Source of the DNA: a virus
Length of the DNA: 53,806 bases
Direction: 5' to 3' (one strand)
IMG/VR virus record: IMGVR_UViG_3300045988_065514
This document shows positions 25,254-34,576 of the stretch, in pieces. The notes under the pieces were generated by a model that worked only from the letters and a program-made list of their open reading frames with translations, was not told the DNA's origin and did no database searches. The position numbers were made by a program, and so were the translations under genes. Numbering within the stretch: position 1 is the stretch's first letter; each line of letters begins with the position of its first letter.

Positions 25254-28200
25254 TAGGGCGCAAGTCAAGGCATACACCATCCCTGTAGGCAGCGGAAGCA
25301 CCTACACATGGAAGAAGCAGGAGGAGGAGTACATCACCGTGAACTTCTCCAGCGAATCCGTTCTGGCATTGAAGAAGGGATTCTACACCAACATCGAAAG
25401 CCTCGGACGATTTGAGGTCGTGGACTTGCCTACACCAACCAAGGCAAGCAAGGACATCGGCTACGAATACGAGCTGCGCCTAGACCGCCCATGGTATAAG
25501 TTCAAGAACCGCATCATCTTCTTCAGAAGAGGAAGCGTGAACGGAATGGAAGCAAAATGGAGCCTTACGGACACCATACAGGCGCACGCAGGCATTCTGA
25601 CGGACAACCTAGCCAACATAGGCTACACCTACGCAGGGAAGGAATACCTCGTTTATATCCACGATGACGTAGAGAAGAGGAACGAGGCGAAGCTGATAGC
25701 ATACGACAGCACCACCCTGCTAGCTGCACTCGACAAGATAGCAGAAGCGTTCGAGACCGAATGGTGGATAACCGAGAATACAATCCATTTCGGCAGATGC
25801 GAGCAGGGGCAGACAATAACGCTGGAACAGGGCAAGGAGCTGAACGGACTGAGCAGAAGCGAAGACAGCGAGGAGCATGGCACTCGCCTCTACGCATTCG
25901 GATCAAGCCGCAACCTCAACCAGAACTACAGACGTAAGCTGAAGAACCCATTCACGATAGACGGATTCCATACCCTCTACGGCACAAAGGTAAGATTCAC
26001 AACCAACAAGCCGAAGAACTTCTTCAGCGAGAAGAGACGCATCAAAATAACCAGCTACAGCAAGTACGAAGGTCAGACGTTCACATTCAAGGTCGTAAGC
26101 GGTTCATACACCAACCCAGCAGCAGGACAGACGGTGTCCTGGAATAACCCAGTCTTCGAGATTGAGGTGGGCAGCATGGTAGATGCAATCGGCTTTCAGA
26201 ACGGAACAGGCGTTCAGTTCATCATCGGAGACGAAACAGGTGGACAGACAGAGGACAGCAAGACTACGATGGTGAAGGTGGAGCGAGACAGCTACCCTAT
26301 TTTCAGTTTCAAGGACTTGCAGCTTCAGAAGAAAGCAATCACCCCAAACACCAGGGTGACGCTGGCAGACAAGACGGAGACAGGTATCGAGTTCATCGGC
26401 ATAGCCTCCGACGGAACAGACAGCGTGAACGACGGCAGGGACTGCTACGCATTGGCAGACAAGACCAAGCAGCTGGCAGGAAGCAGCCAGCAGGTCACCC
26501 TCTCCCATCTTGCCATGGCATACGTCAGCAAGCTCTACACGGAGCCGATAGACGGACAGAGCGAGGTAGCGATACAAGGCGTCAGCGACACCATCCTCCA
26601 GCTGCCAATCGGAACCCCATACATCGACAGCGACGTGAACCTGGATCCAGACGACATCACGGACATCGTAAAGACATACGAGGACATCTACCCAAGGGCA
26701 CTGCTTACCATTACGGAGGTCACGGAGATAGCAGCCAAGACCACCGACACGGACACAGGCAACGTGACCTATTGGACAGCATACCGATTCAAGGCGAAGC
26801 TCCAGGACGGCTCACCATTCGTATTCGACAGCATCTACGAGACGCAGGAAGAAAACAAGCCGCTGAGCATCCATTTCGAGAGCGGTAAGCTGAACGGCAT
26901 GGACTTCGAGGTACACTTCAACCCAGATGCAGACACCGACGACAAACAGCTCTTCGAGATTACCAGGAACGACACCTACACCCTCGAACTGCCGAACGAG
27001 ACGATGAAGCCAGCAGCAGGAGACACGCTATACATGTACAACATGGACATTACCTTCATTGATGACGAATTGGTGGAGGCAGCGGAAATGGAGCTGAAGG
27101 CAGAAGCCGAGAAGGACATGAAGAAGATGAAGGTGGACAGCGGAACCTACACAGGAACCAAGAACCCCGTCCTTTTCGGACAGAAGGGAATCGAGCTGAC
27201 ATACGGAAGCAAGGTGAAGCTCGTAGCACCAGAGTACTTCGATGCAGAAGACCACGCAAGGGAAAGCCGCATCATTGGATGGGAGCTAGACCTTGAAGAC
27301 TTGACGCAGGGCGAATACACCATAGGCGAGAGCAAGCATTCAAGCAGGAGCGATGCACTTGCAAGCACCGTAGACGAAATCGTGTACTACAACAACCAGC
27401 TGCAGAACACCACCGCACAGGGCAACCTGCCTGCATACGACAAGCTCATCACGGAGCTGCAGAATAAGATGCAATTCCTGGAAAAGCGGATGGACACCAA
27501 GCTGAGCAAGGTCTTCGAGGACACCGCCCAGCAGCTCATCACCCTATACAAGGGCATGACGATCGGTGAATTCGTGAGCGGACAATTCGGCAAGGGAGGA
27601 CACATCGACCAAATGGGAAGGGCAGAACTTCATAGCCTCACGCTCCGAGATTTCCTAGAGGCTCCCGAATTAAGATGCAACCGAGTGACAATTCAGATAG
27701 GCAACCGCTGGAGGGCAGCAGGAGGAGGCATCATCAAGGAGGTGATACCAGACACCGATAGCGACGGAAACCAGCTGGCAACAGGAACCATCGTCCTCCA
27801 CCTCCAGGACGGAGAGATAGGAAAGATTGCCGTTGATGACATCTGCCAGGGAATATGGCACGAGGGTATGGACATAGAGAGCAACGAGAGCGATGACTAC
27901 GACGACGGCATCGGCAACTTCAAGTTTGCAGGATTCTATACCGCATACTTCCGAATCACGGAAATCATAGACACCACCCACAACAGCAGGGTGCGCTACG
28001 CATTGCGTCCAACAAGCGATACCTGGAAGACGCAGCACCACCCACACGAGGCGATGCACTTTGTGGCATACGGCAACTTCAGCGACACCACGAGACAGAA
28101 GAGCCGCTACAGCACGCTGACATACGAGCGGTACCTGACGGACGTGAACAATTGGGAATTCAGCAAGGACATGATAGCCGCCCAATTCGGAGACTTGACG

Positions 28201-28614
28201 AATCTGAACATTTTCGGCTTCAACATGAAGGGCTACTCCGCTTACCTTAACAACATCTACATGAGCGGTACAATAGAGCAGTTCGAGAACATGGGCAGGA
28301 AGATGTACATAGACCAGAGCTTGGACGGACACATGGCAGCGGATGAAACGGAGACCGTAACGATTCAGATCCTGGACGGATACATGCAAGACCACACGTC
28401 CGAATACAGCTTCAAGGTGGAGCGAGATACAGGAGACACGGCATCCGATGCCGTCTGGAACGCCAAGCCCGAGCACCTAAACTGCGGCTCATCGTTTAAG
28501 ATTTCGTTTTCAGATTTGCACATCAACCCGAACCACAGCGGAATCAGCACTCTATTCTACGTTATAGCAGACGACGGAAAAGACACTCCGATAACGGAGC
28601 CATTAGAATATTAA
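25234..28614 (+). CDS. Large tail tip / baseplate hub protein (1126 aa)
   Basis: Size and position (Tal-like slot). Confidence 0.5.
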   Translation: MKVQLYNRAQVKAYTIPVGSGSTYTWKKQEEEYITVNFSSESVLALKKGFYTNIESLGRFEVVDLPTPTKASKDIGYEYELRLDRPWYKFKNRIIFFRRGSVNGMEAKWSLTDTIQAHAGILTDNLANIGYTYAGKEYLVYIHDDVEKRNEAKLIAYDSTTLLAALDKIAEAFETEWWITENTIHFGRCEQGQTITLEQGKELNGLSRSEDSEEHGTRLYAFGSSRNLNQNYRRKLKNPFTIDGFHTLYGTKVRFTTNKPKNFFSEKRRIKITSYSKYEGQTFTFKVVSGSYTNPAAGQTVSWNNPVFEIEVGSMVDAIGFQNGTGVQFIIGDETGGQTEDSKTTMVKVERDSYPIFSFKDLQLQKKAITPNTRVTLADKTETGIEFIGIASDGTDSVNDGRDCYALADKTKQLAGSSQQVTLSHLAMAYVSKLYTEPIDGQSEVAIQGVSDTILQLPIGTPYIDSDVNLDPDDITDIVKTYEDIYPRALLTITEVTEIAAKTTDTDTGNVTYWTAYRFKAKLQDGSPFVFDSIYETQEENKPLSIHFESGKLNGMDFEVHFNPDADTDDKQLFEITRNDTYTLELPNETMKPAAGDTLYMYNMDITFIDDELVEAAEMELKAEAEKDMKKMKVDSGTYTGTKNPVLFGQKGIELTYGSKVKLVAPEYFDAEDHARESRIIGWELDLEDLTQGEYTIGESKHSSRSDALASTVDEIVYYNNQLQNTTAQGNLPAYDKLITELQNKMQFLEKRMDTKLSKVFEDTAQQLITLYKGMTIGEFVSGQFGKGGHIDQMGRAELHSLTLRDFLEAPELRCNRVTIQIGNRWRAAGGGIIKEVIPDTDSDGNQLATGTIVLHLQDGEIGKIAVDDICQGIWHEGMDIESNESDDYDDGIGNFKFAGFYTAYFRITEIIDTTHNSRVRYALRPTSDTWKTQHHPHEAMHFVAYGNFSDTTRQKSRYSTLTYERYLTDVNNWEFSKDMIAAQFGDLTNLNIFGFNMKGYSAYLNNIYMSGTIEQFENMGRKMYIDQSLDGHMAADETETVTIQILDGYMQDHTSEYSFKVERDTGDTASDAVWNAKPEHLNCGSSFKISFSDLHINPNHSGISTLFYVIADDGKDTPITEPLEY

Positions 28615-28638
28615 TTTTTTAAGCAGAGGAGAAACAGA

Positions 28639-29910
28639 ATGGCAAACCAAAAGAGGACATTCCAATCTGAGCGCAAGCACACAAGGCTCGACTTTTCGCC
28701 ATTGAATCTGACATGCGAGCTGGTCTGCATCACGCCAGACGCACCGACGGCACAGACAGCCAACACTGCGCTGGGGCAATACGAGCCAGACCGCTCGATT
28801 ACCCCGACAATCATCAGACCGCAGACGACGGTCAATGACCCCGACGGAATCTTCACGTCGGGAATCAACAACAGGAACCTTGCAAGCGACCAGCACGCAT
28901 GGTTTGTGAATTCCACGCCAATCGCCAAGGTTTGGAAAGAGGGAACAGACTACGAGATCATCAAGGACGATACGGATGACAACGGCAGTTTGAAGGTGAT
29001 GCGAAACATTACACCAGGAGAGGTGGCGGCACTTTCGTACACGGGCATGTTCTACGATTTCCGAACAGGAACGAACAATTCGGTGAGCGGAAGCGGAATG
29101 GCACTCACCACGACAGACAAGGGAGGAAACAAGCTGGCATGCTGCGTAGATTGCGAACAGCTCATCTACGACCCACTGAAGGATGAGCTCCTCCTTTACG
29201 AATACCTGGTAGCGGAAGGCATCGAGACAGCAGGGCAACGAGCCAAGTTCGTGAACGGAAAAAGCTACGAGCGAACCGTAACCATTACGCTCACCCAGGG
29301 AGACACTACGCTGACGAAGCTGCCAGCAGGAATCACGATGCGCCTCGTGGAGCGAGGAAAGACGGCTGCACTTGCAGCAGGAACGCTCCAGCACCCAGAA
29401 ATCAAATCGATAGCATATCCGACAATCGGATTCGATATGCGATTCACATGGGAGAAGGAGTTCGAGGTTCAGTTTGTCGATGCAAAGGGCAACGTGAAAA
29501 CCAGCACAGGCATCACTCTCATTCGAGACATGAGCCTGCTGACACAACACGACGTGGCGAGAGGCAACGATGTAGTCCCAGGACAGCAACGCTACAACAA
29601 CCACGGAATTTTTGCCGCAGGAAGCCAGCTCATCCAATACCCAGAGCTGTACTACAACATTCAATGGTGGACACAGGCGAGAGTTTATAACGCCACCAGC
29701 AAGGCGTATCAGTTTGCAGATAAAATCTACAGACAGACAGGCGAAAAGATGGAGTGCAGCGTTGATTCATTGGGCATCGGCTACGAGAAGAACCTTAGCT
29801 GGTTTGATGTTTCGATGGACATCGAGGAACGAGAGCCAGCAGCTATTCTGACAAGCGAGAACGCAAACATCGTCCTCACGGACGAGAAAGGTAAGGTTTT
29901 AATTTTTTAG
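28639..29910 (+). CDS. Tail/baseplate-associated hypothetical protein (423 aa)
   Basis: Position in the tail module. Confidence 0.4.
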   Translation: MANQKRTFQSERKHTRLDFSPLNLTCELVCITPDAPTAQTANTALGQYEPDRSITPTIIRPQTTVNDPDGIFTSGINNRNLASDQHAWFVNSTPIAKVWKEGTDYEIIKDDTDDNGSLKVMRNITPGEVAALSYTGMFYDFRTGTNNSVSGSGMALTTTDKGGNKLACCVDCEQLIYDPLKDELLLYEYLVAEGIETAGQRAKFVNGKSYERTVTITLTQGDTTLTKLPAGITMRLVERGKTAALAAGTLQHPEIKSIAYPTIGFDMRFTWEKEFEVQFVDAKGNVKTSTGITLIRDMSLLTQHDVARGNDVVPGQQRYNNHGIFAAGSQLIQYPELYYNIQWWTQARVYNATSKAYQFADKIYRQTGEKMECSVDSLGIGYEKNLSWFDVSMDIEEREPAAILTSENANIVLTDEKGKVLIF

Positions 29911-29913
29911 CTT

Positions 29914-30126
29914 ATGAGATACGCAATTGTAGAGACAAGCAAGGCAGAAGCCAAAGGGCTGAAAGCCAAGCTCCATCGAACGAACAACACAGGTTCGAAG
30001 ATGGCAGTGAACGAGAACGAATTGCTGAAGGTGAACGAGAACCCCGAGACAGCAGCAGCAGAGCTCGGAGGAAAACTACAGGAACTGCAGGAATTCAAGA
30101 ATGAACTTAATAAATGGGACGAATAA
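29914..30126 (+). CDS. Hypothetical protein (70 aa)
   Basis: Small helical ORF packed between tail genes. Confidence 0.35.
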   Translation: MRYAIVETSKAEAKGLKAKLHRTNNTGSKMAVNENELLKVNENPETAAAELGGKLQELQEFKNELNKWDE

Positions 30127-30129
30127 AAA

Positions 30130-31230
30130 ATGGGAAACAAGATTAAAGGAGCGTTCACGGTGCGCTTCATCAGAACAGGCGACCAGATCTACGTCAGCAA
30201 ATCCATCGTGAAGTTTGACAAGGCAGGAGCGGAAAGCGGAGGCTCGCTCTTCCAGGCAATCGACCCGACAAACGGAACATTGTCCGTCGATTGGAAGACC
30301 GACATCTACAACCAGCCAGCCTTGAAGGTGGGCATCAAGAGTGCAATCGGCAACCCTGTAACGATTACAGGCATCAAATGGACGTACCGAGGCACGGAGC
30401 TGACATTCAACACCAGCGCAGCCACCACAGGCAACTACACAGGCTGGAACCTGTCAACAGATGGCAAGTTTGCCAAGAAGGAGGTGGACGGCTACTGCTA
30501 CCTGCGACTGATTGACAACGCAGCAAGCACCACCATCATCTCGAACCAAATCATCGGATATGAAATCAGCTACATATCCAACAACGTCCGAGACTCCATC
30601 GCAGGAACGGAGGATGTGCTGATTCAGCAGGCAGGAGCAGACAGCTACAGCATCAACATCACGACAAGCCGAAGCACGCTGAATGCGACAGACAAGAGCA
30701 CCACGCTGACCGCAACATACCTGTACGGAACGAAGCCAATCAGCGATGAGGAATTCGCAAAGAATTGGAAGCTGGAGTGGTATAAGGATTTCGTCCTTAT
30801 GAGCGGACAGAACGGAAAGACCATCACCGTAACGAGAAGCGACGTAGATGGCAGCTCCGTATTCAGCGTCAAGCTCCTGCACAAGGAAGGCGATAACTGG
30901 GTCGCCAAAGCCGTCGATGCGCAACGAGTAACGGACGATTCAGACGAATGGATCATCGACTCAAACCATGACGGAGCGAACCCCGACGCTATTTCAAAGA
31001 CAAGCAACGCAAAGTTTGTCCTTTCGCTTAAGCAGAACGGAGTGAAATACACAGGAACCATAACATGGGGATGGGAAGTGTACAATGCGCTCAACGTAAA
31101 GACCTACACAGGCTCGGGAGCAAATGTAACGCTGACAGCGGAAATGGCGAAATGCGTACCAGACGCAAGCAACCAGGACAAAAATTATTATTCAGATGTA
31201 GCCTACGAAGTGACTGCATCAATCTCATAA
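30130..31230 (+). CDS. Tail fibre-associated hypothetical protein (366 aa)
   Basis: Beta-rich, Thr/Ser/Asn-rich. Position only. Confidence 0.4.
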   Translation: MGNKIKGAFTVRFIRTGDQIYVSKSIVKFDKAGAESGGSLFQAIDPTNGTLSVDWKTDIYNQPALKVGIKSAIGNPVTITGIKWTYRGTELTFNTSAATTGNYTGWNLSTDGKFAKKEVDGYCYLRLIDNAASTTIISNQIIGYEISYISNNVRDSIAGTEDVLIQQAGADSYSINITTSRSTLNATDKSTTLTATYLYGTKPISDEEFAKNWKLEWYKDFVLMSGQNGKTITVTRSDVDGSSVFSVKLLHKEGDNWVAKAVDAQRVTDDSDEWIIDSNHDGANPDAISKTSNAKFVLSLKQNGVKYTGTITWGWEVYNALNVKTYTGSGANVTLTAEMAKCVPDASNQDKNYYSDVAYEVTASIS

Positions 31231-31251
31231 CATTTAAAAAGGAGAAAAGAT

Positions 31252-32631
31252 ATGGCAGACGTACAATATAAGAAAGTCACAGAATTCGGTACCACAACCG
31301 CTTTGAACGGAAGCGACTACGTGTTTGTAATCGCAGGAGGAACACCGAAGAGAATCACGCTCGACAACCTGCGAGCAATGATGGAAGAGAACCAGCAGCA
31401 GTTCTTAGACGAGAACGCATTCTGGATTGAAGAGAACACAGCATCAAGCAGGGGATCCGCATACTGCGAGACAGGAGGCAACAGCCTCATGCGCCAGATT
31501 TGGCTGTCGAAGATTACGGCAATCCTCATGACACCAGACGGACACTTCACCCGTCTGAACCCGAACGACCACCGCTACACAGCAGACGGAGACCAGGTCG
31601 TGAAGGACGGAGCCGTGGTAGCAGCATACAAGAATGCCGATTGGTTCGGTATGCTAGATGGCGGTTATTGGAACTACCTCCAGGAGGTGACAATCGGAGG
31701 AGTTAAGCACATCCGACACCACATATCGCTCACACCGCTGCCAGGTGGCTGGTTTACCAAGAACGTCCCTGCCGGCATGTTCAAGTGCACCATTCAGAAC
31801 GGACAGATGCGAAGCATTCCGTTTGTGGTTCCGAGCGGAGGCAGCAACATTAATCAGTTCTTCAACTACGCCCAGGCACGAAGCAAGAACCATGGACTAG
31901 CAGGCGAGCCGTTCAGAAACCTGCTTCTGCAGTACATCATGGCGAAATACGGGTACCGAGACATTCAGAACCTCACAGCATCCGATGGTACAAAGATATT
32001 CGGATGCGGTCTTGACGGAACAGAGAAGAGCGCAACTTCAACATTAGCGGACGGATTCGCAAGACAGAAGAACATCAAAACAGGCGCATGCCTGGCATTG
32101 GGCTACAGCGACGGAAAGGTCGCTGTCAAGGACGCAGACAACTTCACATGCCACAGCGTAAATGTTGGCGTATGGGGTGACCCATACGGTCAATATTGGG
32201 AAATGGACGGACACCTCTGCTCGGTAGGAAGCGACGTTTATCAATGGGACGACAACTTCATGCCTACAGGTAAACCGACGACGGACACCTTCAAGGCTAT
32301 CAAGTACAACAAGCTGACCCGAGCAACAACCAACGGACTCCAGAACGTAGATATCAACCTCATCACCACGAAGGGAGCGCAGCACATGAGCTACGTACCG
32401 CTTAAGGCGCATACAGGCGTGAGCTACGGAGATAACTATTGGTACAACGCAGAAGGACAGCTGTGGCGTGGTGGCGGCGCCTCGAACTACGGTGCGAATT
32501 GCGGTCTCGCTTGTGCGAACTCGAACTTCGCCTGGTCGTATGCGATTGCGGACATCTCGGCTCGGCTTGATTACCATGGCGACCTTAAAGAGGTCACCTC
32601 TGCCGAGCTGAAGAGACTCCTGGTATCTTAA
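31252..32631 (+). CDS. DGR target protein 1: putative receptor-binding tail fibre with a C-terminal variable region (459 aa)
   Basis: VR1 lies in frame in its last ~60 codons (LWRGGGASNYGANCGLACANSNFAWSYAIADISARL). Located in the tail-fibre module next to TR and RT. Confidence 0.85.
   Translation: MADVQYKKVTEFGTTTALNGSDYVFVIAGGTPKRITLDNLRAMMEENQQQFLDENAFWIEENTASSRGSAYCETGGNSLMRQIWLSKITAILMTPDGHFTRLNPNDHRYTADGDQVVKDGAVVAAYKNADWFGMLDGGYWNYLQEVTIGGVKHIRHHISLTPLPGGWFTKNVPAGMFKCTIQNGQMRSIPFVVPSGGSNINQFFNYAQARSKNHGLAGEPFRNLLLQYIMAKYGYRDIQNLTASDGTKIFGCGLDGTEKSATSTLADGFARQKNIKTGACLALGYSDGKVAVKDADNFTCHSVNVGVWGDPYGQYWEMDGHLCSVGSDVYQWDDNFMPTGKPTTDTFKAIKYNKLTRATTNGLQNVDINLITTKGAQHMSYVPLKAHTGVSYGDNYWYNAEGQLWRGGGASNYGANCGLACANSNFAWSYAIADISARLDYHGDLKEVTSAELKRLLVS
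32452..32569 (+). repeat. DGR variable repeat VR1
   Basis: 118-bp copy of the TR with 14 mismatches by hand alignment, 13 of them at TR adenines. Confidence 0.85.
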
Positions 32632-32676
32632 AAAGGAGCAGGAAACTCAGCGAGAAAGACATTTAAAAAAGGGGGC

Positions 32677-32694
32677 GTGGGGGATTCCCCCCAC
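32677..32694 (+). terminator. GC hairpin after target gene 1
   Basis: gtggggg-attc-cccccac is a 7-bp stem. There is no clear T tract. Confidence 0.3.
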
Positions 32695-32731
32695 CCTTCA
32701 AATTTAGCCAAGAAAAAATATAGACAAAACC

Positions 32732-32753
32732 CCTCGCCCGGCTCGTGGCGAGG
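32732..32753 (+). other. Hairpin 11 nt upstream of the TR
   Basis: cctcgcc-cggctcgt-ggcgagg is a 7-bp stem. Confidence 0.3.
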
Positions 32754-32764
32754 TAGGCAAAAGG

Positions 32765-32882
32765 GAAGGACAGCTGTGGATTGGTGGCGGCAACTCGAAC
32801 AACGGTGCGAATTGCGGTCTCGCTTATGCGAACTCGAACAACGCCTGGTCGAATGCGAATGCGAACATCTCGGCTCGAATTA
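32765..32882 (+). repeat. DGR template repeat (TR)
   Basis: Non-coding and adenine-rich. It has ten AAY codons when read in the VR frame. Related to VR1 and VR2 by adenine-specific differences. Confidence 0.85.
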
Positions 32883-33151
32883 CTTCAACGTTTACGTAAC
32901 AATAAACGACAACCATAAGGACATCGGTACTGCGTCATGGGAAAATGTCCGCCTTTCCCGAGCCTCGGCAGCTGGTGCATAAGTATAGCCAGTGTTCAGC
33001 CGAAACAAATCGAACTTGCGCAGGCAACGTCAAGCGACCTGCCCGTGGTGTTAGTAAATCCGACCAAAAGGGTCGGAAGTTGAAAGCTCTGCACAGAGTG
33101 AAGCAAGCCCAACGAGAACAAAGAACGAGCACGACTTGAAAAAAGAAAATT

Positions 33152-34576
33152 ATGCCGAAGAGACAGGGTTACATATATGATTGCACCTGGCAATGGGACA
33201 CCTTGAAGGAAGCGGACAGGGTCTCGACAAGGCGCAAGAAAAACTACGGAGTGAAGAAACATAAAAAGCAATGGTTGAAAGACCTTGTGGAAGTTCAACA
33301 GCTCATCATCGACCGAAAGATCAAGACGGACGAATACCAGCACATGAAGCTGAAGAATGGAAAGAAGGAACGAGACATCAGCAAGCTGAACTTCCACCCG
33401 AACCACGAATGGCATCAGAGCCTCGTCTTAGTAAGCCACGACAGAATAGAGCGCACGTTGATTTCACACACTTATGCGTCAAGAATCGGCTACGGACAGA
33501 TAGCAGCTGCGCTTCAAGTCAAGAGATGGCTAAGAGAGAACAGAGAAGAATGCAGATGGTTCGCCCAGGGCGACATTTGCCATTATTACGCTAACATATT
33601 GCATGCATTGCTGAGACAGAACCTGGAGCACATCTTCAAGGATAAAGAATTCATCGACGCATACATGGAACCGTTCGAGAGATTCACCGATGACGAGAAA
33701 GGGATACCGCTAGGCATACGACCAAGCCAGGATAGCGGAAACCTCGCCCTCACGAGATTCGACAGGTTCCTAAAGGAAGTAGCCAAGGCACACCTTTACA
33801 TCCGATACCTTGACGATTTCGTCATATTCGGCAAGACGAAGGGCGAGGTCAAGCGAAAGATGAAAATGGCAACAGCCTTTTTGAAGGAGCTGGGCTTCGA
33901 GGCGCATGAGCCGAAGATACGTCCGATTAGCGAAGGCTTGGACTTCCTCGGTTTCGTTTACTACGAAGGAGGCGACATGTTCTGGAGGAAGAGCGACAAG
34001 GTGCGCTGGCTCAAACGAAGAGCCAAGGTCACCAACAAGCGCAGGCTCCACGAAATCGATGCAGCAGCATGGGGAATGATAAAATGGGGAAACCGACATT
34101 GCAAAAGATTATTTAAAATGGAAACAGGAATAAATTTATCAGACTTAGGCATCAAGATGCCCGAGAAGAAAGACAAGAACGGAAAGCGAATCATCGACGC
34201 ACCGAAGATAACGACAGCCGTCATCCTTAACAAGGAGATAGAGGTCATCGATTGGGTGCGAGACGTTGAGACATCATACGGCAAGGGACGATACGCATTA
34301 GAGATTGAATTCTACGGAGGCAAGAACAAACTCATTGTCAACAGCCCGAGCATGAAGCAGCTCATCGATGCGTTCGAGCAGGCACGAGTGACAAGATTCA
34401 AGGCAGTGGTCATCGACAAAGGAGGCTCGCACTTCGAGTTCAGCCAGGTCAAGATTCTCGAGATTGACAAGAGACCTGTCGCCAAGACAGAAGATGGCAA
34501 GCTGATATACACAGACACAAACGAGGTCGTAGATCTCACCAAGTTCAACAATAAAAAAGAGGAGACAAAGCAATGA
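33152..34576 (+). CDS. DGR-type reverse transcriptase (474 aa) with a C-terminal extension
   Basis: LGIRPSQ matches the DGR motif-4 signature [ILV]GxxxSQ. IRYLDDFVIF is the YxDD catalytic box. GDICHYYANILHALL is motif 3-like. Adjacent to the TR. Confidence 0.9.
   Translation: MPKRQGYIYDCTWQWDTLKEADRVSTRRKKNYGVKKHKKQWLKDLVEVQQLIIDRKIKTDEYQHMKLKNGKKERDISKLNFHPNHEWHQSLVLVSHDRIERTLISHTYASRIGYGQIAAALQVKRWLRENREECRWFAQGDICHYYANILHALLRQNLEHIFKDKEFIDAYMEPFERFTDDEKGIPLGIRPSQDSGNLALTRFDRFLKEVAKAHLYIRYLDDFVIFGKTKGEVKRKMKMATAFLKELGFEAHEPKIRPISEGLDFLGFVYYEGGDMFWRKSDKVRWLKRRAKVTNKRRLHEIDAAAWGMIKWGNRHCKRLFKMETGINLSDLGIKMPEKKDKNGKRIIDAPKITTAVILNKEIEVIDWVRDVETSYGKGRYALEIEFYGGKNKLIVNSPSMKQLIDAFEQARVTRFKAVVIDKGGSHFEFSQVKILEIDKRPVAKTEDGKLIYTDTNEVVDLTKFNNKKEETKQ

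Noticed and set aside
32677-32982. 101-aa GTG-initiated ORF running through the template repeat.
   Set aside because: It reads the TR in a different frame from the VRs, starts inside a hairpin and has odd composition. The TR region of a DGR is expected to be non-coding RNA template.
32996-33415. 139-aa minus-strand ORF near the TR, considered as a possible Avd.
   Set aside because: It overlaps the 5' end of the RT gene in antisense and is not basic or helical like Avd. It is most likely a shadow ORF.
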